Positions 1 through 11,100 of a stretch of 31,264 nt of DNA are shown in pieces. Under the pieces are notes generated by a model. That model saw only the letters and a list, made by a program, of their open reading frames with translations, did no database searches and was not told the origin of the DNA. The position numbers were made by a program, and so were the translations under genes. Numbering within the stretch: the first letter of the stretch is position 1; every line of letters starts with the position of its first letter. Where the stretch lies: positions 1-31,264 of IMG/VR virus record IMGVR_UViG_3300012952_001651. One strand, written 5' to 3'. Source of the DNA: a virus. Taxonomy: Duplodnaviria > Caudoviricetes.

Positions 1-1989
1 ACTAACTGCTTCCCTTGTAGCAATTTTACCTGTACCCCCGCTTCCACAAGTTGTGCGTATACTGTAGAGAGTGATATTGACTACACTGGCGACCCCGATT
101 GCCCCCATCCGACCTTATTTGGTATTGGTACTAACAGTAACAAAATAGTATTCGAGTACGATTCTCTCTCTACGACCCTTCCTAACGGTGTTCTAGACCT
201 CTCTGCGTCTTATGATGGGGTAACATATAGCGATGCATGGAATGAAGGAGAGGGTATTGGTATCATTTACGACTCTACACAGAATACTTGGCAAGCAGGA
301 GATGAGGCAGCAGGTACTTTTAACATCTATGAGTTGAACTCTGGGTCAAAACAGGGTCTAAAGTTGAATGTAAAGATCGAACCGATCATCGACGAGTCGG
401 GATCCACAGTATCATTCACTGGAACGAGGTGGCAAATACAAGAAATCATCAATCCTGGCGTAAATTATGCTGTTGACGACGTATTTTCGCTTACCCACGA
501 CCATACACACCCCGACAACTCGACAACCACGTTCACACTGAACATCAAAATCACTGCGGTAGGTGCTATACAAGGTCAATCAGGCACAATTTCCGATGTT
601 TTACGAAGCGGAGACACTATAAATGGTCATCAAGTGACTCAAGTAGTCCATGGACCGTCTATTGATAGTGATTATGACACCTCAAAGGGTCTTTTCCCTT
701 ACCATTTTGCTTATTTGGACGGAAACGGAAGTAATTTTGCAAAAGATACGTCATATACAAGTAATAGAGCTCATCAAATCACTGTAAGAGCAGGTAAAGG
801 TGTTGTAGATCGAGGTTTCTTTGGTGGATTGTACGAATTTAGTGAAAAATCAATCCAATATACTATAGGTACACTTGATCGTAATGCTCCTGACATCTAT
901 AATGTGCTTAAACAACCTTCATGTACCGCAACTGTAACTAATGGTAGAGTAGTCAGTGTAGCAGTTGATACAAATGGCGGAGGATCAGGGTGGGATAAGC
1001 TCGGAAGAATACCAGAACTGAGTATTACAAGTCCATATAGTGCGTCTGGTGTACCTGCAGAGGTAGAAGGAACATTTGTTAACGGAGTTTTGACTGCAGT
1101 AACAGTCACAAATCAAGGAAGCGGATACTCTAGCACAAACTTGCCACAGGTTAGTATCACAAATATACACAAGATTGTCACTTCCGTGTCACCAATCAAC
1201 GTATTTAATGAAAATAACGCAAGAGAAGCTACTGATCTTATAGATGCGTTCCCTGATATAGGTGATGCGTTCCCTACTTACACTGCAGATGATCAACAGC
1301 GCGATAGAGATGCGTTAATATCATCTAGAAGTTTCCCTCCTGCAGAGAGAGCACAAGTTGGTAGTGGTGATACATTGAGTATGAAGATGGATCCAAACAG
1401 TAGAAGAGTGGAACAGAAACCGCAAATAGGTTTTGAGTCTTCCGAGTTGACGGTATCTGAACAAGAAAGACGTCCAAAGGCAGATTATTCAAAACTTAAT
1501 GAAGTTGACTTTGGATCATCAAGTGAAGCACAAGAGTTCAAGAGAGCAATCATAGATCAGAATAAGCGTGAGGTAGAAGGACATAGCGCACAGTTTGCAC
1601 GAATGACTCAAAATGAACCGCAATATGAAACATATGACAATGTATACATCGAAACTGTACAAGGACCATTCTCAGAGCTCCCTTATGCTTCTACCTATAC
1701 TAAATACTTTATGAGGCAGTATCGTCCTGATCCTAGGATCAATACGAATATTAGCGTAACTCTTAGTGTTAACGTAGCACAGGAAGGAACAAGTCATTTC
1801 AGTTGCCCACAACCTGCTGCATCAACTAGACTTGGATCAACTTTTAGTTTCCTTGGTGGACCGTCTGGTCCAGGATGTCAAAACTGGTCAGCATCAGGCA
1901 ATATGATTATGGATAATGATTTAACTTCCGCAACTAGAACTTTGAGTAGAGCAACTGCAGCGTACGGAAATCCTTATGTAGTAACCTAA
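1..1989 (+). CDS. Putative virion structural protein, 5'-truncated (at least 662 aa), upstream of the PAAR gene
   Basis: The frame of the 334..1989 ORF stays open back to base 1 (TNCFPCSNFTCTPASTSCAY...), so the TTG at 334 is probably internal. It contains the V-x-V-x3-GSGY/W-x5-P-x-V/L-x-I repeat seen in the downstream baseplate proteins. Its stop overlaps the next ATG (TAATG, 1987-1991). Confidence 0.7.
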   Translation, partial: TNCFPCSNFTCTPASTSCAYTVESDIDYTGDPDCPHPTLFGIGTNSNKIVFEYDSLSTTLPNGVLDLSASYDGVTYSDAWNEGEGIGIIYDSTQNTWQAGDEAAGTFNIYELNSGSKQGLKLNVKIEPIIDESGSTVSFTGTRWQIQEIINPGVNYAVDDVFSLTHDHTHPDNSTTTFTLNIKITAVGAIQGQSGTISDVLRSGDTINGHQVTQVVHGPSIDSDYDTSKGLFPYHFAYLDGNGSNFAKDTSYTSNRAHQITVRAGKGVVDRGFFGGLYEFSEKSIQYTIGTLDRNAPDIYNVLKQPSCTATVTNGRVVSVAVDTNGGGSGWDKLGRIPELSITSPYSASGVPAEVEGTFVNGVLTAVTVTNQGSGYSSTNLPQVSITNIHKIVTSVSPINVFNENNAREATDLIDAFPDIGDAFPTYTADDQQRDRDALISSRSFPPAERAQVGSGDTLSMKMDPNSRRVEQKPQIGFESSELTVSEQERRPKADYSKLNEVDFGSSSEAQEFKRAIIDQNKREVEGHSAQFARMTQNEPQYETYDNVYIETVQGPFSELPYASTYTKYFMRQYRPDPRINTNISVTLSVNVAQEGTSHFSCPQPAASTRLGSTFSFLGGPSGPGCQNWSASGNMIMDNDLTSATRTLSRATAAYGNPYVVT

Positions 1990-2555
1990 TGGCTCAACTA
2001 GCATGTGCACTCTTTACAGGAACGTGTAGCGGACACGGTAAGGGTAATGGTGTGACATGGCAACCTGGACCTGGCGGAGGATTTGTTAGTCCGTGTCCTC
2101 ATGCATCATTACAAGAGACGATTGTTAATAAGAGAGTGCCATTTGTTGATAACTTTGCAACATGGTTACCGCATCCACAAACTCCTAGAGATCCTCAGAG
2201 TGGCGGTAATGATCCGTTCAATAGAAATGTTATAGTCAATAACTTAGTACCTATTATAGATCAAGATGATTTAATCACTCATCCTACCAAAACTATCTTC
2301 ACTACAATATCAATAGGGTTCAAATGCTTAACTGTTAGATCTACTCCTGCGTGGCATTGTACCACTGGTGTAGGTGGGAATGGTCGTGAACCTTCAGTTG
2401 GACATAATAGAAGATTATTTGCAACAACTAAGACGGTTTTTATCAATAATAGGAGAGCAGGACGATTTTCAGACCCATATGGCAATAATACAGTCCCATT
2501 TGACTGTCTAAGTGTAGTTTCTGGATCAAGTCCTAACGTTTTTATCGGAAGTTGA
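1989..2555 (+). CDS. PAAR-family central spike tip protein (T4 gp5.4-like) with insertions
   Basis: Motif order matches gp5.4-type PAAR proteins: CSGH ... NVIVNNLVPIIDQDDLITH ... GH ... TVFINNRRAGRFSDP ... C-x5-SSPNVFIG. This supplies three His and one Cys as candidate metal ligands. It lies just upstream of gp25. Confidence 0.85.
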   Translation: MAQLACALFTGTCSGHGKGNGVTWQPGPGGGFVSPCPHASLQETIVNKRVPFVDNFATWLPHPQTPRDPQSGGNDPFNRNVIVNNLVPIIDQDDLITHPTKTIFTTISIGFKCLTVRSTPAWHCTTGVGGNGREPSVGHNRRLFATTKTVFINNRRAGRFSDPYGNNTVPFDCLSVVSGSSPNVFIGS

Positions 2556-2562
2556 ATAAATA
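2555..2562 (+). promoter_or_regulatory. T4-like late promoter (NATAAATA)
   Basis: AATAAATA immediately after the PAAR stop and about 20 nt before the ATG at 2583. T4-type late promoter consensus is TATAAATA, relaxed to NATAAATA in cyanophages. Confidence 0.75.
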
Positions 2563-2582
2563 AAAACAGGATCGGAGTAATT

Positions 2583-2696
2583 ATGGTTGTAAAAGTAGAC
2601 AAAAGTGAAGAATTTGTCAAATCAGGCAAAGTCTTGATAAGTGAGTATCCTGCCAAAAAGGAAAAAGACGTAAAACCACTTAGCAAATGGCGTTAA
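2583..2696 (+). CDS. Small basic hypothetical protein, 37 aa (MVVKVDKSEEFVKSGKVLISEYPAKKEKDVKPLSKWR)
   Basis: Not in the ORF track (too short). Preceded by a late promoter and a GGAG Shine-Dalgarno at 2574-2577. Fills the intergenic gap and overlaps the gp25 start by 10 nt. Confidence 0.7.
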   Translation: MVVKVDKSEEFVKSGKVLISEYPAKKEKDVKPLSKWR

Positions 2697-3106
2697 AGGA
2701 TATTGACGGAAAAAGTTTTAAGCGTTCTCGAACTTTCAAGGACGTTAACATTGCTTTGCCAAGAAATCCGTTCACAAAAGATATCTACGGTGTGAATAAT
2801 GACAATGCTATCAAGCAATCTATTAAAAATATCGTCTTGACCGTTCCTGGTGAAAAACCATTTCAACCAGAAGTAGGTTCAAGAGTAAATGAGCTCTTAT
2901 TTGAACCACTAGACCCATTTATTGTTGATGCCCTTAGGGATGAGATAATAAATACCATCAAACAACATGAACCTAGGGTAGACCTGCAAAAAGTTGATGT
3001 TCAACCGATTTACACTCAGAACAGAGTTAATATTTCTGTTCAGTACAAAATAGTTGGATTACCTATAGTTGAAGATATCACATTCGTCTTACAGAGACCT
3101 GAGTAA
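2687..3106 (+). CDS. gp25: Baseplate wedge subunit gp25 (GPW/gp25 family)
   Basis: 139 aa with typical gp25 motifs AIKQSIKNIVLTVPGEKPFQPEVGS..LLFEP and I..HEPRV. Directly upstream of gp6 with TAATG coupling. Confidence 0.95.
   Translation: MALKDIDGKSFKRSRTFKDVNIALPRNPFTKDIYGVNNDNAIKQSIKNIVLTVPGEKPFQPEVGSRVNELLFEPLDPFIVDALRDEIINTIKQHEPRVDLQKVDVQPIYTQNRVNISVQYKIVGLPIVEDITFVLQRPE
2947..2954 (+). promoter_or_regulatory. Possible internal late promoter for gp6/gp7
   Basis: AATAAATA inside gp25, about 150 nt upstream of the gp6 start. Could be chance in AT-rich coding DNA. Confidence 0.35.
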
Positions 3107-5142
3107 TGCAACCAAATAACCTAACAGCACTAGACTTTGAAGATGTCAAAGCAAGTATCAAATCATATCTAAGAACTCGAAGCGAGTTTACAGATTATGA
3201 CTTTGATGGATCAGCATTGTCTTACATGATCGACATGCTTGCCTATAATACATACTATTCTGCGTTCAATGCGAACATGTCATTGAATGAAGCATTTTTA
3301 CCGTCTTCTACTGTTAGAGATAACGTTGTTAATATTGCAAAGTTAATGAACTACACTCCAAGGAGTGTAATTTCTGCTAGAGCATCATTAAAACTCGATG
3401 TACAGACAGTTCAGACTAATGGAGTGTATCCTAGCACTGTTACTTTGAGAAAAGGTGCAAGTTGCACTGGTGGTAACTATGTTTGGAACGTTTTAAGAGA
3501 TACAACCGTAGAAGTTAGTCCTACAACAGGTATTGGAACCTTTGCAGACCTTTGTGTGTATGAAGGATCACTAGTAACCTTCCAATATGTTGTAAATACA
3601 TTTGCGAGACAAGAATATACAATCCCTTCTGCTGAAGCAGACATCAACACACTTAATGTTAGTGTAAAAGCAACAGAAACAGCAACTGCATCAGATATTT
3701 ACAATAGAGTAGATACTGTTACTACTTTAACTGCAGCAACAAGAGCATATTTCCTTTCAGAGGGTGAAGATATGCGTTTCCAAGTTAAATTTGGTGATGA
3801 CAGTGTTGGAAGAGCATTAAAAGACGGAGAAGTCGTAGTTTTAGAATATTTGGTCACTTCTGGTAAGGCAGCAAACGAAGTTAAGACATTTAACTTCATT
3901 GGAAGCATCACTGACTCTCAAAGTGTGACATATGCTGCTCAAGCAACCACTTTAACGGTAAATCATCGTGCACAACTTGGTAGTGATGCAGAAAGCATTG
4001 AATCAATCAAATATAATGCACCAAGATACTATTCTTCACAATATAGAGCTGTAACAGCACAAGACTATGCTTTGATCACTCAAAGAATCTATAATAATGC
4101 AGATTCTGTTGTTGCGTACGGTGGAGACAGTCTAAATCCTCCGATTTACGGAAAAGTGTTTATTGCGATCAAAACAAAGACAGGATCCCTTCTAAATGAC
4201 GCTACAAAGAAGGAAATAGCAGCAGACCTTAGGAAATATGCCATGGCATCGATTGACCCTGTTGTAGTCGATCCTGATAACGTATACATCTATACAAAAC
4301 CATTTGTTCTATACGATACTGGTGCAGGATCCTCATCATCTCAAATTAAGACGAATGTACAGAATGCAATCAATCAGTGGGCAAGTCAAACTCAAATAAA
4401 CAACTTCAACTCAACATTTAGAGGACAAGCATACGAAAAAGCAATCACACTTGCTGATTCTGCTATTTCTGACGTTTCTGTTCAAACAACCATCCTAAAA
4501 TACATCAATCCTAATAGTAATCAGACTAATACCTATTGTATTAGCACTGGAGGAGAGTTATACAACTCTGCACCTAGTCAAGACGGTAATGCAGCATCTG
4601 GTTGTACAAAAGAACCAGTTATCTTGTCTGGTACATTTAGAACTGCAGATAGACCAGGAATCGATCAACAGTTTGAAGATGATGGTTACGGAAACATAAA
4701 AACATTCTATAACACAGGTAATAAGAAAGTATATACTAATAACACCGCAGGTACAGTAAATTATATGACAGGTGAAGTTTGTTTCGGTCCTATTAACATT
4801 ATTAGCACAGGATCTAATGTTCCTTCGGCAAGTGCGATAAATGTCGTTGATAGTGTAACTGGTGCAGGAAGTGTTACGGATGCAACACTCCTTCCAGGCA
4901 ATTTACAGATTCCTGTTGTTATGATTCCTGCTAACAGTAGCACAATACCTGCTTCTACACCTGGAACTATAATCAACATTATTAGTCCCGAAGTAACAGT
5001 ATCACCTATTGGTACTACACCACCTCCTACTATCCCTCTAAATAGTTTGACACCAACAACGTTTGACAGTACACCGTCCGTAGTGGAAGTTGCACCTATT
5101 GATAATAGTGGTGGTCTAAACACATCAGTCTGCTTCTCATAA
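3106..5142 (+). CDS. gp6: Baseplate wedge subunit gp6
   Basis: N-terminal LDFEDVKASIKSYL...FTDYDFDGSALS...LAYNTYY...NEAFL, central FGD...G, and ESIESIKYNAP...QYRAVTAQDY...PPIYGKVFIAIK are characteristic of T4-like gp6. Confidence 0.95.
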   Translation: MQPNNLTALDFEDVKASIKSYLRTRSEFTDYDFDGSALSYMIDMLAYNTYYSAFNANMSLNEAFLPSSTVRDNVVNIAKLMNYTPRSVISARASLKLDVQTVQTNGVYPSTVTLRKGASCTGGNYVWNVLRDTTVEVSPTTGIGTFADLCVYEGSLVTFQYVVNTFARQEYTIPSAEADINTLNVSVKATETATASDIYNRVDTVTTLTAATRAYFLSEGEDMRFQVKFGDDSVGRALKDGEVVVLEYLVTSGKAANEVKTFNFIGSITDSQSVTYAAQATTLTVNHRAQLGSDAESIESIKYNAPRYYSSQYRAVTAQDYALITQRIYNNADSVVAYGGDSLNPPIYGKVFIAIKTKTGSLLNDATKKEIAADLRKYAMASIDPVVVDPDNVYIYTKPFVLYDTGAGSSSSQIKTNVQNAINQWASQTQINNFNSTFRGQAYEKAITLADSAISDVSVQTTILKYINPNSNQTNTYCISTGGELYNSAPSQDGNAASGCTKEPVILSGTFRTADRPGIDQQFEDDGYGNIKTFYNTGNKKVYTNNTAGTVNYMTGEVCFGPINIISTGSNVPSASAINVVDSVTGAGSVTDATLLPGNLQIPVVMIPANSSTIPASTPGTIINIISPEVTVSPIGTTPPPTIPLNSLTPTTFDSTPSVVEVAPIDNSGGLNTSVCFS

Positions 5143-5148
5143 CTGTAA

Positions 5149-8100
5149 ATGAACATTAATAAGGTTTCTCAGTCGATTGTTTCACAATCACCCGATTTCA
5201 TTGGGTCTGAATACCCCCTGTTTAATAAATTTCTTGAATACTACTATCAATCACAAGAAAAGACTGGTTTAGGGCAAAATATACTTAATAACTTCCTTCA
5301 GTATCTTGATATTGATAAATTAGATATTGGAATACTAGATGGTAAGACAAAACTCGTAGAAGGTATAACTGCAACATCAGATACGATTGTAGTAGAGACT
5401 ATAGATCCTTTCTTGGAAAAGAATGGTTCTATTCTTATAGGCGATGAAGTAATATTTTACGAAGATATAAAAAGTGCACCAAATATTTCACTTGCACCAG
5501 GAATAGGATATGAGCAAGTAAAACTTAAGTGGACAACTCTAGCAAACTTTATAAACTCATTTGACGGAAACACTACACAGTTCCCGTTGACATCTCAGGA
5601 TAGTCCCGTAGCTCCTCCTACTGCACAACACTTGATTGTGTCACTATACGGTCAAATTTTAATACCAAATACAGATTACACGGTATCTGGAAATAATATT
5701 GTATTTACTACCGCACCTAGGACAAAGTTACCTGCGGATGGTGCGGAATCAACATATATCTACTATCTTAGTGGTTTTGTTGAAAATCCAATCTACGCAG
5801 TAGACAATATATCAGGTGCTTTTGGTGATGGTAAGAAACAGTTTACTCTAACTCGTAGTGGTGTATCTTATGAACCTCAGAACGAAGAGTATTTAAACGT
5901 AATCTATGATAATAGACTACTAGTACCTAAAGTAGACTACTTCATAGATAAGAATCAGTTTATATTTAAAGTAGCACCTCTAAATGGGCGTTTCTTATCA
6001 ATACATTCTATAGAAGCACCAATACCTTCATTTGGTACTGGTGCAAAAGGATATGCTCGTATTAGTGATACTGGAACTCTAACAAGTATATCATCTAATG
6101 CTATTGGTTCTGGATATAGATTTGAATATCCTCCTCAAGTTAGTATCAACTCACCAACAGGATCAGGAGCTGCTGCAACTGCTCTTGTTAATGGTTTAAA
6201 GAGTATTTCACTATTGACTGGAGGAAAAGGTTATAGTACAACTAACCCTCCTGTAGTACAAGTACAATCACCAACTAAAACAGGATCCTCTCAAGCAACA
6301 ATCACTGCAACAGTTACTAATGGTGAAGTTAGTGCACTTAATATTACTAACTCTGGTTCTGGATATACATTTACACCTAGAATCACTTTTGTACAACCAG
6401 GCGGTGCAAAACTAGGTACTCCTGTAATCACTAATGGTCAAGTTACTTCTATACCCGTTACTGACGGTGGATTTGGATATACGACTGCACCCACAGTTTA
6501 TATTGACGAACCAACAGGAACTACACCAATCAAAGCAGCATTAAGAGCAAACTTAACTAGCGAAGGTAAAGTTAGTAGTATATCAGTATTAAATGCGGGA
6601 CAAGGATATGCTACTTCACCTAGAGTCTCTATAATCGATCCTGTAGGTGCACAGATACTAGAAACAGTTGTTGATGGAGATGGGCGTGTTATAAGAATAG
6701 ATTTACTTAATGGTGGTAGTGGATTTGATGATGTTCCTTCAGTATACATCGTAGATAATAGAACTAACGGTGGAACAGGTGCAACTGCTGTTGCTTCTAT
6801 TTTCAATGGTCAAATCACAGATATTAATATAAGTTCCTTTGGTAGCGGTTATTCTGCTGCAGCTCCACCAGAAATCGTTATACAATCACCTCCAAATGCT
6901 AAAGCATCTGCTGAGATTGGTTTAAACGAAGTTACTGGATTTACAGTAACTGAAGCAGGAAATGGATATGAAAAAGCACAGTTTACTGGATGTGCTAGAG
7001 CAGCATCTGGTATTACCTCATATACTGAGAGTGGAAACGCAGTATTTACAAATAATACTACAGCGACTGCTGCTGCAGTAGATGCAGAGGTAAAATGTCT
7101 TGATGCACTATTTGTTAAAAGATTATTAGACAAATATACTGAACAGTTCTTACCAGACGTTCCAGAACTAGATTATTCTAAGATTGACGTTCGTACAGCA
7201 ATCAAAACTGTAAAAGACTTTTATTCAACTAAAGGTACATCATTTAGTATTGCATATCTCTTCAAACTATTATATGGAGAGAATGTCACAGTTACATATC
7301 CAAAAGATCAGATTATTAAACCATCTGATGCAACATGGTCTATAGACACTATTTTAAGAGCAACTAAGGTTTCTGGTGATGCTACAAATATAAGAGATGG
7401 TTTGATTACACAGGATGCAGATATTGCTGATCCTAATGTTCAAGCTGCTAGTGCGTTAGTTGAAAACTATATTTCAATCAAAACATCTGATGTTGAGATA
7501 TTTGAACTTGTTTTATCAGAGGAAACTATAAATGGAACGTTTACCGTACCTTACAAGACAAAACTTGCTGAACCTCTCAATACAACCGATTCAATCATTA
7601 CGGTTGACTCTACCGTTGGGTGGCCAGAAAGAAACGGGGAGTTTGTGATTGGTACGGGTTCTAGGACAGAAGTTGTACAATATAAGGAAAAATCACTTAA
7701 CCAGTTTATTGAATGTACTCGTTCAGCAAATGGTGTTGTAGAAGATTGGGATTCTGCTACTCAGGTATCATCTAACTTTACAGTATTCGTAAACAAAGGC
7801 ACACTACAAGAAGTAGTGATGAACATAGTAGGTATAGTTGATGCACAGCAAACAACACTAGTTGATACAGGTTCTTACTACCTACCAGGCGACAAACTAA
7901 CAGTTTCTAAGTTAGGTGGTACTAGTCTTGATCCTCATCTTACAACATGGTTATATAACGTTAAAAAACTTATTCAAGTTACTGGTATCACTTATGGTGG
8001 TGTCAATAATCAGTTTGCAACTGTAACTTGTGCAAATAATCATGGTTTATTGGTTGGAGATCAGGTTACTGTATATGGTGCTAATCCAATCATCTATAAT

Positions 8101-11100
8101 GGTACATTCTTAGTTACATCTAGAGATACAAGCACTGTATTCCAATATCAGTTACCCCAACCTGCAACTGTGGTACCACAGGGTAATATTCTTATATCTG
8201 TTGACTTAAACAAAGGTAAGTCTGATAGCACTGCTGTACTAAACTCTATTGGACCTTATACTACTAACGTACAAAACTCTTTCTTTAATAATACCTATGC
8301 ATACCTAGCATCCACTGGTATACCTAACTATAAGATTGGTCCGTTTCCTGGTTCTGCTCTTTTACCAGGTAACCAACGTAAGTTAAATCGTTTTCCTATA
8401 GTTTCTACAACTATATCAACAAAAAATACTATAAGTCCTGGACCTATAGGTACATGGGTAAACGGAGTATCAATATGGTCATATAAGTCAACTAGGAAGA
8501 AAACATTTGGTGCTATTACTAGTGTTAGTATAACAAATGCAGGTCAGGACTATGATGCTGCATCACCCCCTGTTTTAACTATATCAGGTGGTGGAGGTAC
8601 TGGTGCTACTGCTAGTGTTACTGTTAATGGTTCTGTTAGTGAAATAACTGTCAGTGCAGGAGGATCAGGTTATACTTCATCTCCTCTAGTATCAATCGTT
8701 GGTGGTGGAGGTTCTGGTGCTGCAGCGACTGCTATTATTACAAAAGGAGTTGTATCTAGAATATTAATCAACTCAGGTGGTACTGGATATACTTCACAAC
8801 CACAAATCACTATTGTTGGTGGCGGTGGTACTGGAGCTGCTGCTTCTGCATCTGTTCGTGGTCCTATCCAAGGCGTTACAGTGGCGTCAGGTGGTTTATC
8901 ATATACATCCACACCTAGTGTTACACTGAGTTCTGGTAGTGGTGCTGTTGCACAAGCTATAGTCAACAACGGTAGAATCATATCTATTGCGATTATATCT
9001 GCTGGTTCTGGATATACAACTGCTCCTGAGATCAGTATACAAGGTGCAGGTTTCGGTGCTGTTGCTAGAGCAACTATAGACACTGACGGAGAAAACGCAG
9101 GTAGAGTGACTGGTATCACTATTGTTAACAGAGGTATTAGTTATGTACAGGGAACTACTGTAATCAGTCTAAACTCTGTTGGTCAAGGTGCAACATTTAC
9201 TGCTAATGTATTTCAATGGACTTATAACTTACAATCAACAACAACATTTGATGCTGCTAAAGGTTCTGTATTTGAAGGATATAATAATCAATATGGTGGT
9301 GAATATGCACACTTAAGTAATCCTCAAACACTTAGATACATTCTTGGTGATAACTTATTTGAAAATACATCAGGTTTAATAAAAGAAAGAGAAGATGGAC
9401 TACAACACTCTCCTATTGTTGGTTGGGCGTTTGATGGTAACCCAGTATACGGTCCATATGGATATTCTGATCCTACAGATCAATCATCTGCTGTAGCAAA
9501 GCTCAATACTTCATATAGACTTAAAACTAATCTAGTATACAATGTAGACTCTAATCCAACACCTGTTAGAACAGATGGACCTTTATTGTCTGCAGAGGCC
9601 GCGGGTAACTTTATAGAAGACTATGAATATGTGTTTGGTCTAGGTGCACTTGATCAATACAATGGTAGATTCTGTAAAACACCTGAGTATCCTGATGGTA
9701 GATATTGTTACTTTGTTACTATTGACTCTACTGAAGATGGTAACCCATTATTCCCATATGTTCTAGGACCTGACTTCAACTCTGTTGTAGATACTTGGAA
9801 CTTGAATGATGCTGCTATTCAGCAAAATATTCCAACTGGTGTTGTTAGATATCGTGATCCTTACGAGAATGTTGATATTGACGTTGAGAGGGCACCAAAT
9901 GCCTCTACAAACGCTCTAACACTAGAGAATGGTGAAATACTACTATTTGAAATAGAAGATGAAGATAGAAGTGGTGTTATTGAACAAGATGAGACTGATG
10001 ATCCAGATCAAATCTTTGAAGAGTCACCATTACAGTTATTTGATTATTTCCCATCAGTTAGATTTGATTCTAAGGTTGATATTGAAGTTGAGACTACTAC
10101 AAAGTTTGAAGATGCTTCTGTAACTGGATTTACTATTGAAAACCCAGGTATCAACTATCAGGTAAACGATAGATTGATATTTGATGAAAGTGGAACAGAT
10201 GGTAGTGGTGTATCAGCTCGTGTTTCAAGAATTGCAGGTGAAACAATAGAAGCATATTCATTTGAGAATGTAAGTGGTAATAACTTCGGTGTTCTTACTA
10301 CAGTCAATCCACATAACCTTGGAGTTGGTGATAGTGTATTTGTTGACTATACTCCTGTTATGTCTAATACTAATAAGACATATGTTGTTAGACAGTTTAA
10401 AGGTATTGAACAAATAGTTATTAATACAACTGGATCTGGATATAATACTGATATTCCACCTACTATTATTATTGATGGTGGCGGTGGTACTGGTGGTGAG
10501 TTACAAGCGGTTGTATCATCAGTTGGATCTATTGAAACTGTTAATATTTTAAACTCAGGTTATGGATACACAAGTAACCCTCGTGTTATTCTATCACATC
10601 CTCAAATATTCAAAAAGGCAGATTATTATATTTCTAAGTTCTCAAATAGAGACTATGTAAAAGTAAATGATGTTTATGTAAATGATGATAAGGAAGTTTA
10701 TATTTGTGGTAAAACATACGACGATCAATCACCTGCTAACACTGTTGCTTTTGTAGCAAAACTATCTGCATCAGGTGTTAAAGAATGGGAGAAAACTTTA
10801 GAGCTCACTGATATTAGTACAGAAAGAGATTCTGAGTTTGTTAGGTTATTTGTTGATGGTCATGATATATGGGTAGTTGGTGAAAATAGACCAAATGCTG
10901 CTATATTATCATCTTATAACCCAGATGTTGTTCTTGCCAAATATGTTGAAGCATCTAACGGATTGAGTGCTAACTTAGCATTCCAAAAAGGATATGCAGG
11001 TATATCTGGTTCAACTCGTGCTGATCATATTACATGTATCAAAAAATATACAGATACAAGATTTATTATTGGTGGATTTACTAATACTAACTCTGGTGCA

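Noticed and set aside
334-336. TTG start assigned to the first ORF
   Set aside because: The frame is open to base 1, so the true start is probably outside the window.
1243-1275. 12-nt direct repeat GATGCGTTCCCT at 1243 and 1264
   Set aside because: Two copies, in frame with a 21-nt period (DAFP twice). Best explained as a small coding duplication, not CRISPR or an att site.
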